DNA of 64,000 bases from Takakia lepidozioides (Eukaryota > Plantae > Bryophyta): assembly GCA_030704615.1 (NCBI GenBank), contig CM060734.1, positions 24,552,001-24,616,000 of the forward strand, read 5' to 3'. Each line of letters opens with the position of its first letter. The stretch's first letter is position 1. Positions 49,932 through 61,510 of the stretch are shown here, piece after piece. The translations under genes were made by a program, and so were the position numbers. The notes under the pieces were generated by a model. It was not told where the DNA came from. It saw only the letters and a program-made list of their open reading frames with translations, and made no database searches.

Positions 49932-52900
49932 ATGAGTGATGAAAGAGAAGCTAGACGCCAAAGATATTCAGCAAAAAGAGAAAGCTATCTGAAAGCTAAT
50001 TATCCATATCTTTGGGAGAGAGGAATAGACATAGGGGAATCATCTGGACCTCTCACACCATTAAGATCAAAGAGTACATCACCCATACCGGAAGAACTAG
50101 AGTTGGATGCCACTCCTTCTGTTTCTTTGCAAGAAAGATTAAGGGAATTGGTACAGAAAGAAGATCAATCACGAGGTGAAAGATCTGGGTACATCCCTGG
50201 ATAAAAGATTTGACAGAAATCTTTGATAAGAGTTGGCATGGAACACCAAAAGCAGGAACTCCAGTTTCTGAAGCGGAAGGTGAAGAAGGAGAAGAGGATG
50301 TGGCAGAGCCAACGGAGAGTTCAGACTCTCCAACACCATTACAGTTGAGTTACATGAGTGAAGAAGAAACCCAAGGGCAGAACTTGGAGGATGAAAACAG
50401 AGAGAAGAAATTGGAAGAGGAAGAATATGAAGAAGTAGACCCAACAGCTGAGGTTGAGACTACAACCAGGACATCCCAACCCGTTGGACCTGGATCAAGT
50501 GGAGCACTTGGATCACAGGCCAACGAAGGTGTCGGCTCAGGGGGATCAGGCGGGCTGCCTGGATCTGGCTCTGGGGGGACAGGGAGTGTGGGAAGTAGTG
50601 CAACTGAAGCTGGGAATACTGTGAATATCGTGGGGCCGGAAGCAGGGAGTGCTCAAGGGCCACCACTTGGTGGAAGATCCACCACAAAAACAAAAGGTCC
50701 AGAAGGACCAGCACCAGCAAGGGTGCCAGCACCTGTCAGTGGGCAGAAGGTAGGGCCACAGATGGCGTTACAACCAACACGGGCAAAACCACCCTTTCCA
50801 ATATATTCAGGAAAAGGGGATCCCGATGTACACATTAGCCAATTTGAGCACATGTGTATAGTGAACAATGAGAATGGCGATGATGCCAAGATGAGATTGT
50901 TTCCTTGTTCACTTATCAAGAAAGCAAGTGAATGGTATGCAAGATTCCCTGATAATCATTTCCTAACCTGGAATGGCTTGAATACAACATTTCGAAATAG
51001 GTTCAGGACAAGTAAAACTGAAGATGAAGTGTATGGAAGTTTACAACAGTTAAAGCAAAAGAAGCATGAAACTGTTGAGGAGTATATGGAAAAGATGGAA
51101 TTGATGATGAAAAAGCTGGCTGCAGTACCAGCACCCGGTTTACAGAAGACTTGGTTTGTGAGTGGACTAAGACCAGAGTTGCAAAAGAAAGTGGATATGT
51201 TACCCCATAATACAGTGGAGGAGGCATTTGAAACTGCAAACAGAATTGAGCAATTGGGAATGCTCAGGAGAGAGAAAAAGGATGATGAGGACTCTGAGGA
51301 TGAGTCAGATGAAGAAGAAGAGCAAGAACTAAAAAGAAAGAGTAAGAGAAAGGAGAAGTTGAAGAGGGATAACTATGAAAAAAGATTGGAAGAAATCTTG
51401 AAGAAGTATGCCACAGAGGCTGCAACACATTGGAGGAAGGGTGTATGGTGTGCAAAGTGCCAGAATGAAGGCCATACCACCACAGAATGCCACATGAAGG
51501 AGAAACACTGTACTATCTGTAAAATGGATAACCATTCTACTGAGAATTGTTACTACAACAGAAGGACAGCTGCAAGAGAACCTAGGCAAGTAAGGGTGCA
51601 TCAGGTGCAGCCCCAGCCAAGAAGAAACAATGATCAGGACCACTATGGTAGGTTTGGTGGTTATAACAATGGCATGGAAGGGAGAGGTAATTCAAGAGGG
51701 AATTACCAAGGAAATTCCAGAGGCAACTATCAGGGTAATCCAAGGGGGAATTACCAGCCCGGGAATCAGGATTATAGAAATAATCCAAGAACAGACCAAG
51801 GGCGAGGACCCAATGGTGAAGAACTATGTTACTATTGTAATCAGCCAGGACATCGCAGGGCAGCCTGTTCATTCTGGATAAGACACCAGAATGAGATGAG
51901 AGCTCCTGTGAATGAGGGGCCAGTGGTGGCAGCTCACATGGTTAGGCCATGTGTTGTACCAGAAGTAAGTACAATGATAGTAACAAGAAGTAAAGCCAAA
52001 CTAATACCTCCAGTAGTAGAGGAAGAAGATGATAATGAAGGTGGCAATGATATGCCTGAAGATGAAGAGACTTGGAAAGATGAGAAGGAACTGCACAAGG
52101 AAGTGGCAGATACTATAAGGGAAATGCAGAAGAGTACTGATATTCCTGTGGCAGATTCCTCTGATTCTGATGGAGAAGAAGAAGGGAGTGAGGAAGAAAG
52201 GAAGAAAGAAGATGCAGACATGCAAAGTAATGAAGAGACTTTGGCTGAAGTAATATGCCAGACCAAAGCAGAAATTACCATTGGACAGCTATTAGCTGTG
52301 GCACCTTATTGTAGGCACAGGCTGTATCAAGCAATCAATCGAATTGCCCAGGAGACAGGAAACACAGACCTGAACAGCAAGGTGACCAGTTATAATGTGA
52401 AGCCGGAAGGGCGAGAAACAGTCATGGACTTTGATGATTCTATGCCAGTAATCCAATTGAGAATTGGAAGCACAGAACTAACTGATGTACTGATAGATGG
52501 AGGTTCTGGAGTAAATATCATGACAGACCAATTAAGGAAGAAGCTTGGTCTAAGTAACATGAAACCAGCCCCATTTACAGTAACAATGGCAGATCAAAGA
52601 AGTGTACAGCCATTGGGATTGATAAGAGGAGTTAAGATACAGATACAGAAGATGATCTTTATGATCACAGTAACTGTGTTGAAGATGGATGAAGTCATGG
52701 AGGCTTACTCCTTATTATTGGGACGTCCGTGGCTGAAACAGGCCAGGGTATTCCATGACTGGAATTCTCAGTTACTAACCGTGCATAATGGGATACACGA
52801 GATACAAATTACCACAAAGAAATCTAGTAGATTACCTGCTACAAGAAGACCTCGAGGAGTCAGAGAGTATGACTGGAGAGGAGGACTGGATGAGGAGCAG

Positions 52901-55900
52901 GAAGCTACCCTATTTGCTGCACACCCAGAGTGGGAGCAGGTTGCAGAGATGCGGCTGGAAAGCCTAAGTTGTTTAAGAGGTATCTGCTGTGGTGTAGTGA
53001 CAGCAACACCAACTGAAGAGGAAACCAGCAGTTACCCATCACATTTCTATGAAGAAAGAGAAGGAGAAATGGAAATCCTAGAGGAACCAGCCACTGTGAG
53101 CTTACAGGATGAAGTGGTGACTGGTTGGACAATCACAGCTGATGAGCAAGTGAGGGAAGTGAATGTGGGAACTAAAGAGGAACCGAGGATGGTGAAAGTA
53201 GGAGCTGATTTGGAGCCGGAATTCTTTGAAGAAGCTAAAAGCTTGTTCATCAAATACAGAGATGTATTTGCTTGGAGCTATGAGGATTTAAAAGGGATAC
53301 CACCTGAAGTCTGTCAGCATAAGATTGAACTGGAACCAGGGTCAGTACCAATCAAGCAGGCGAGGTACAGAATGAATCCCAACTACGCACAGAAGGTTGG
53401 AGAAGAGATTAAGAAGTTGGCTGAGGCTAAGTTTATATACCCAATAGAGTATACAACTTGGTTGTCACCCATTGTTATAGTTCCCAAGAAGAATGGCAAA
53501 CTAAGAGTATGTGTGAACTACAAGAAGCTGAATGCTTGTACGAAGAAAGATCTTTTCCTTTGCCATTCACAGAAGCAGTATTAGACACTGTGGCAGGCCA
53601 TGAGATGTACTCATTCATGGATGGCTTCAGTGGTTATAATCAAGTGCAAGTGGCAGAAGAAGACCAAGGGAAAACAGCTTTCATCACAGACTGGGGGGCT
53701 TATGCATACAAAGTCATGCCCTTTGGACTTTGTAATGCACCAGCGACCTTTCAGAGAGTGATAAGTGAATCTTTTCATGAGTATCTGGATGATTTCATGC
53801 AGGTATTCTTGGATGATTTCAGTGTGTACAGCTCTAAGAATGAGCACTTGCATAAATTGGAGTTATGTCTGGCCAGATGCAGGATGAGAGGTCTGGGCCT
53901 GAATCCAGAGAAGTGTACTTTCTGTGTGAACTCAGGGGTGCTTCTGGGACACATTGTGTGTAAGAAGGGACTTCTTGTGGATCCCAGAAAGACAGAGTCC
54001 ATTAAAGCCTCTCCACCACCAGTGAATGTTAAAAGTCTAAGGAGATTCCTTGGGCAAACCAGTTATTACAGAAGATTTGTCAAAAGGTATGCACAAATAG
54101 CAGCACCATTGAGCAAGCTTCTGAAGAAAGATGCAGTGTTTGCCTGGACAGCTGAATGTCAACAGGCGTTTGAGGAACTTACACTGTCAGTAACAACTAC
54201 ACCTGTGCTGATTAACCCTCACTGGCATGTAGTATTTCATGTTCACTGCGATGCATCAGGAGAAGCGTTGGGAGCGGTGTTAGCCCAGAATGTTACAGGA
54301 AATATAGATTCACCTGTGTACTATGCTAGCAGGTTGATGAACAGTGCTGAAAGGAACTATAGCACAACGGAAAGAGAAGCATTGGCAATGATCTATGCAG
54401 TGAAGAAATTCAGGCATTACCTGTTGGGCAAGAAGTTTATGTTCTATGTGGATCACCAGGCTCTGATATACCTGGTAAACAAACCTCTGATAAGCGGAAG
54501 AATAGCAAGATGGTTGATAATCTTGCACGAGTTTGAGTTCGAGGTTGTTTACAAGCCTGGGAGACTGCATCTTGTGGCGGATCACTTGTCACGGTTATCA
54601 ACAGGAGAACCAGCCACAGGAATAGATGATCAATTACCAGATGCGAGTCTATTTGCAGTGGAGGTGCAGGGAAGTGCAGATGACTGGTTAGATTGGCAGT
54701 GGCCAATCAGATACTACCTTGCTCATGGTCAGTGCCCACCTAGTTATGGTAAGGAGCAGAGGAAGAGAATCGCTATCAAAGCTTTACCTTATACTATGGT
54801 AGGAAGCAGAATGTATAAGCTAGGACCTGATGGAGTACTAAAACGATGCTTGTACCACCATGAAGTAAATAAAGTTTTGGAGGAAGTTCATAAAGGAGTG
54901 GCTGGAGGTCATTTTGGAGAAGAGACTACCAGTAGGAAGATACTACTCGCAGGTTACTGGTGGCCTACTTTGTTCAAAGATGTACACAAGTATTGTCAGA
55001 GTTGTGATGAATGTCAGAGGCTAGGACCTTTGCAGAGATCTGGAAGGATGGCCTTGCATCCTACAATGCCTACGGAACCATTTCAGAAATGGGGACTAGA
55101 CTTTGTTGGACCAATTAACCCACCAGCCAAGAATACACGGAACAGGTACATAATTACAGCCACTGATTATACTACGAAGTGGGTGGAAGCTAAAGCTTTG
55201 AGGGACAACACAGCCAAGTCCACAGCAAGGTTCCTGTATGAGAACATACTTACACGATTTGGCTGTCCCTTAGAATTTATCAGTGATCAGGGAAGTCACT
55301 TCATGAATGAGACCATTGAGTTGTTGACTAAAGAGTTCATGATTGTGCATAGAAAGAGTACAACATATTACCCACAGGGTAATGGGCAGGCAGAGGCTAC
55401 CAACAAAATACTATGTACTATCTTGGCTAAGATAGTCAATGCAAACAGAACGGATTGGGATACAAAGCTGCTGACAGCTTTGTGGTCATACAGGACTTCA
55501 TATAAAGTCACCACTAAGTATACACCATTCCAATTAGTTTATGGTATGGAAGCCTTACTTCCAGTGGAATTCCTGTTACCTACCATGAGAACGGAGTGGG
55601 GAAAGAGAATGGAATTGCAAGATTCCATTAAGGTCAGGAAACATGAATTATACCATGTGGAAGAAGTACGTGCTGATGCAGCTGATAATATGACCAGAAT
55701 TCAGATGAAGAGGAAGGAACAGTTTGATGAAGGCAAGTTAAAAACTTTTAAGACGGGAGATTTGGTTCTATGGTTGCAGAAAAAGGGAAAGATTAAAGCT
55801 TCTAAGCTTAAATCACCATGGAAAGGACCTTATGTCATACAAAAGATGTATGATAACAACACCGCCATGTTACAAACCATTAACAAAGAAATGCTGGGAA

Positions 55901-56337
55901 GAGTCAATGCCAATAAGTTGAAGGGGTACAGTGGTATCCATGACAAACCATTGCAGCATGATTTGCATGTTGAAACGCAAGAGCAGTCACGGGCTGCACC
56001 AGTGTTACGAACGGAGTATGGAGCACTTGTCGCTAGGCCGAGCATATATGACCAGGGCGGGCAAAACAAGCGTGACACAGCCTATCACAGCCCATCAAGG
56101 CAAACACAGCCTATCACAGCCAATCACAACGTGACACAGCCTATCACAGCCCATCACGACGTGACACAGCCTATCACAGCCCATCAAGGCAAAGCACAGC
56201 CTATCACAGCCCAGCACGGCGCAACACAGCCTATCACAACCTACCACAACGTGTCACAGCCTATCACAGCGTACCACAGTATGACACAGCCTGTCACAGC
56301 TCGACACAACTTGTCACAGCTCAACACAGCCTACTAG
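49932..56337 (+). pseudogene. gag-pol: Gag-Pol polyprotein of copy C with two single-base frameshifts (~50187, ~53552)
   Basis: All domains present. Comparison with copies D and B shows 1 nt deletions that split one ancestral frame; these may be sequencing errors. Confidence 0.93.
56073..56333 (+). repeat. CACAGC-based 30 bp tandem repeat after the integrase of copy C
   Basis: About 8 units, read as TQPITAHH repeats. Confidence 0.9.
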
Positions 56338-56604
56338 GGTTACACGATCCATAGAATCAGTGACAGGTGGACGCATAATAACTTCAGGAAAATGGCTGAC
56401 GGAAGAAAAGACGGAAACCAGTTTAAAAATAGACACGTGGAAGTCAGGGCGCGACACACAGCTGAGAAGGAAGTGCAAGAACAGGTGTCATAAAGAAAGA
56501 GGACAAGAACGGCCGTCAAAAGGGATGAAAGGCGGGCCCATTAATGAATACGGAAAAAGGGAACGGAACGAACGGCAAGTACAGAAAAGCGAAATTCTTG
56601 TCAC

Positions 56605-59600
56605 ATGTGTGATCCTAGTGGACTATCCAGCAGGGAAAGTCCACTAAAGAAAATGAAATCTAAAATCCAGTCACAGCGGTTACAGCCAATAGAAAGCCAG
56701 AGAAAGGATCAAGAAATTGGAGGGAAATTAAGCGCAAGAGGCGGCGTCGTTCTGAGTAACGGGCGTCTCGACGGGACAGACCATCAATGCTATAGCTTGG
56801 AAACTATGGAGGAACTAACAGACTATACGCTCGCAATATTACTTACGCAGTGGCATAGACACGAAAGAACAGAGCGGAGCTTTTCTCTTGAGCGATGCTT
56901 GCAAGCCCCGCAGGCTTACAAGAAATTACCCATAGCTTTTTGTGGCAACCATACGTTTATGCTTTGTGCACTACAGGCATTTTTGCAGTTGTTACAGCCA
57001 AAACATTTCTGTGGGTCTAAAATGAAGAGAGTGAGAGGAATGGAGGAAATCAGGGTGAAGAGCACCACAATTCTGCAGAAACAAACGATTGCTACCCCAC
57101 AGGCGATACAGATACTGAAGGAGCTGAGATTGCAAGGATTGCAAAGCATAGATTGGACATTACACCATAGACAGTACATGTTACAATTTTTGCAGAACTT
57201 TGAGCCAAGGACAGGAACAACAACGGTGAAGGGAGTTGAATTAGTAATTACTCCCCTATACCTCCAGCAATTGTTTCGATTGCCAGCAGGTCAGGTGCAT
57301 GTGGAGGAGCACAGGGCAAGACTGCAAATAGGGGACTTATTCCAAGAAGGGAGTTTCTTTAAAACTCAGGGTTATGCTTGTACCAAGGCCGTGTACCCAG
57401 GGCTAAAGGAGGTAGGCCAGGTATTGAACGTTCTGATTGCCATGAAACAGAACCAACAGTATTTGAGCAGATCCTTCACGGAGGAAATACTCAAAGCCCT
57501 GAAAGGACAAGAGGTAGAATGGGCGGACATAATGTACAACGCACTGGTAGAGGAGATGAAAAGATTACCAAGGTACTACCGCAAAGTCTCCTATCATAGT
57601 GTCTGGCCCAATCATTGCTCAAATAATTCTTGATTCTGGCATACTTGATGCGCAAGAAAGAAAGGAGATGGGAGTGTTTGAGCCAGAAACCACTGCAATG
57701 GAAGAGCAAGGCTCTTCACACAGTGAGGGTGGACTAGCAGGGCAACCCGAGACTAAGAGGCAGAGACGGGGAAAGACTGTAGTGGCGGATCCACTGGCTT
57801 CACGGATTCCGCATGATAATGTTTCCCAAGCTCATGTGCAGGAAGGGGCACAGCAGCACAGAGAACTGCTATTACTGGAAGCAGGACCTTCAGAGAGGGA
57901 AGAGGAAGTTACTTCAGCATCACAGCCATCACAGCCAGCTGATCGGCTTGTCACAAGGTTACCACAAGTTGTCCATGAAGTGCCACCACAAATAATTGAT
58001 ATTCCAACTACAGAACAGATAGTGGCAGAAACCTTCTCTATGAATATTCTGGTCTGGTCAAGGACACAGAGATTCCAGAGGTGCAACAGTTGCCCAAGGG
58101 AAATCCTGAGGTGCATATAATACACACACCTGTGTCGGAGGTACCACAGGCAGAAGGTCATGACACTGCAGCACCGGTGATAGATGAAGTGGTTCAGGAA
58201 GAAAATCCGGTGGGACAATGGCCTGAGTGGTTCGTGAGACATCACACTGTTGAGGATCAGGAGGAACAGCAGCAACCTCACCATGATGACCCTCAACAGG
58301 CAATGCTGATGAGTTCCATAGGCAGGACACTTAATTTGTTGGGGACTTATGTCAAATCCCATGTTCCAACTACCCAATTGACAGCCTTGAGAGAGGAACT
58401 CAGGAAGGAGTTTGAGGCTCGACTAGCCACTGAGTGTGCAAACAAGGTCGATGAAGAGGTCACTCTCAAGATGCAGCAGGACTTGGAAAATACAGAAGCG
58501 GCTTTGCAATTGGCCAAGGAACAATTGATTGAGGCAGGCCTCGCGCAAGACCAGTTGCACGAAGCACATAAGCAACAGCTATACCAAATGCAGGTGCAGC
58601 ATGAAAGCAAGTTGCAAGAAGTGAATGCACTACATACGGAGTTGCAGACAGTGCATGACAGGATGGCCATACAATGTGCTACACTCACAACTATGCTTGA
58701 CCAACTACAAAAGAAATAAACAGTCAAGCGAAAAAATATGAAGGCAGAAACAGAGAATGTTGAGCAAATGAAACTCATTGTCGATATGAAGAATACAATC
58801 TGTCGCAATGAGGATACTTTCAAGCAATACAGGCAGATTGAAGCTGATCAAGAGAAGCACATCGTGGAGTTGCAACAAACGATCATGGCCAATAGAAATG
58901 AAATCGCGGTCAATAACAAGGCTTGGAAGGAAGCCAATAATCTACTTGCTGCCTATGCGAATTTGGTTGAACCTCATGCGAAGCGCATGGAGGCTTTACA
59001 ACAGCAGTTAGAAGTGTACAAACTCAAAGAGGAGCACACTCTCAGGGGAACCACAAGCAACTTGGTGGATAACAGCCTTATGCAGGTCTGGTTAGCACAA
59101 GGGCCAGTGGAGGGCAAAGCACCACGAAAGCTCACCCAAAGCGAGATGAATGAGCTCAGACTGCAAGTGCAGAACATTGCCACAACTACTATAGACAATG
59201 TCTATAGTAGGATAGCAGAGTTACAGGAGGATGTAGACGGACTGCAGACTCAAGTGGAGGACCTCACTTCAAATATCGACAAAAGAGTCTATATCCTCAG
59301 GAACAGCTAATGGCTTCTTATTTACAAGCCAGAACTTTGGCTTTTCAGTCTTCACAGGAGGTGCAGGAATGCCAATGATACAAGAGCCAGTACCACCAAC
59401 ACCACAACAAGTCACTGTACCAGTAGCTGAACCTGTTGTTACTACAACCACACCGCAGCCACCACAGCCTGAGGTATGGGGCAATGCTGCTTTTAACCCA
59501 CCTAAAACTCCAGCTGCAAGGGAGTACAGTAGGGCTATGATTATGCCCTTCAACCAAATTCCCATCATGTTGGATTTGGCTTGGAAAGAATTTAGTCCTC

Positions 59601-60538
59601 CGCAGTCATGCGCACATTACTACCAAATCATGCGCATTTGGCTGCCAGTGGCAACTAGGACTAAAGTTCTTCCGAACAATCGACCAATTGAGGATCATCA
59701 CTTTGCACAGTACTGGCACTAAGCAGGTACCATGTTGAAGGAATTAATTGCTTTCCAAGTTGTACATGGATTCATTTATACCAAGACCAAGGAGGTAGCA
59801 AGTATTGTCATGGGATGCGGGTTATACTACGCTGCTTGTTTTCTGGTACGTTATCACATTGAGCAACACAAGATGCAAGCGCGCTTTCTGAGTTATTCCA
59901 GTGGGGATCATTGGGTCTTACCTTCAGTGCCACCTCATATGTACCTATATGAGGCAAAAGTTATGATACAAAAGGATTCTCAAATTCGTTCATGGTTTCA
60001 AGCGGCCTGGAACAATTTGTCAACACAGAAATTCGGCATTGATGATATTTTCTATAAGGGACATGTGGCATGGAAATACTTGCACGCTACACAAGTAATT
60101 GGTACCCCACTCACCTGGACAGCCAAGGAGCTCAGTGTCTACACCAATTTTGCTGTTCAGCGGTTACAGCAAGTTGTAAAATATAAACTTCCAGACATGG
60201 TAGGACAACATTGTATGCCCCAGAGGATTCCACAAAAAATTCAAAAATTAAAACACCTGAGAGGCGATGAGGATTCTGATACAACTGTTTCTTCAGCGGA
60301 TTCTTTTGACATGGGAGAAGACTATGCAATTCAGATGGCAGAGAAGAAGCGACGGGGGTCTCCTATGCCTGAAAGGTTACCTCGATATCAGCCTCCAGAG
60401 GGCCTCACTTATCCAGGAAGTGTTCAAACATCTCCATCAACCAGTGACAGACCTCGGGCTCGTACACACAGTCCACCACGAAACTCTCAACGTCAGAAAG
60501 GTGCTCACTCACAAAGGTTTTCTAATCGCAATCAGTAA
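56605..60538 (+). pseudogene. 3' extra ORF of copy C (~1240 aa from Met 56806): PMD/Transposase_32-like N-terminus, coiled coil, unknown C-terminal domain
   Basis: Six consecutive ORFs, mostly joinable using copies A and B; QFLQNF..TVKGVELVITPLYLQQLFRLP and GQEVEWADI motifs. Confidence 0.85.
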
Positions 60539-60559
60539 ACCGTGAGGACACGGCTTTTT

Positions 60560-60573
60560 GAGAGGGGAAGGGG
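60560..60573 (+). promoter_or_regulatory. Polypurine tract
   Basis: GAGAGGGGAAGGGG, 3 nt before the 3' LTR. Confidence 0.9.
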
Positions 60574-60576
60574 TAA

Positions 60577-61505
60577 TGTTAGAGGACTGTCTGGGACTTA
60601 GACACTTATACGGGATCTGCAGGGTACCCTTAATTTTTGCACAGACTGAGATCAACAGGAGCCTTAGGGGTGACAGCAGCGCACTGTAGAGGGGGGTTAC
60701 ACAGTCCGTCACAGTTGTCACAGCCAACACAGTCCGTCAAAGTCGTCACAGCCAACACAGCCAACACAGCCAGCACAGCCCGTCACAGCCGACACAACCA
60801 CACAGCCAGTCACAGCCCGACACAGCCGTCACAGTTTCACACAGCCAGTCACAGCTTGACACAACTGTCACGATCATAGGGAACGGAGAGCAGGACAGGG
60901 AACGACTGTGGGGAACAACACCTGCAAATGGAACATGTTAGTTCACGGACGACGGTTAGTGAGGGAAACGGTTAGAGCCACGGGTAGGATGAGAGGGGAT
61001 AGATTGGGAAGCACTTGGAGGGGGAGGGGTTCTTGGTTATGCATGAGAGGGGATCGGGCGGAGAGCAAGAACGGAAGCAAAGATGGAGAGTACGGTGAAG
61101 GAGGAAAGATGATTAATAGATGCTTGTTATATGCAAAGTTGTAGTGATATTGTAGAGCAGATTAGAGACACAATGGCTTCGGCCTGATACCTGATAAATC
61201 ATAATCTGATACTTATACGATACAATCACACTGTGTAGAGAGATCTGAGTGAAGCTGTGGAATGAATTGATGAGTTGATGGAATCCGATAGATTGATGAA
61301 GCAAACTGATACTTAATTATCAATGGTAAGGTAGCTAACATGAATGCGGAAAGTGAAACAAATAGGAAACACCCCCATGATACACTAGCTGTAGGTCATG
61401 ACTGATTGTTCTGCGCGGGTTGAGTACTTAGAGATTTCCAACTCTTCTATCTTGGAGTTTCCGCCTCGGATAGCGAAGGGATGGGTGAGTAAAAGCTGCG
61501 CGACA
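60577..61505 (+). repeat. 3' LTR of copy C (929 bp)
   Basis: TG...CA; nearly identical to the 5' LTR outside the tandem array. Confidence 0.97.
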
Positions 61506-61510
61506 AGTAC

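Larger units (their letters stand above)
48384..61505 (+). mobile_element. Gypsy family copy C: full-length 13,122 bp non-chromovirus Ty3/gypsy LTR retrotransposon (possibly Phygy/Selgy/Athila-related) with 5' and 3' extra ORFs
   Basis: Two TG...CA LTRs, 5 bp TSD AGTAC (48379-48383 and 61506-61510), PBS, PPT, order Gag-AP-RT-RH-INT, no chromodomain and no additional RNase H. Confidence 0.97.

Noticed and set aside
53540-53584. Programmed gag/pol frameshift
   Set aside because: The shift lies inside RT and copy B is continuous here, so it is a 1 nt deletion or a sequencing error.
56605-60538. Retroviral envelope gene
   Set aside because: No signal peptide, no clear fusion peptide and no C-terminal anchor; only one moderately hydrophobic stretch.
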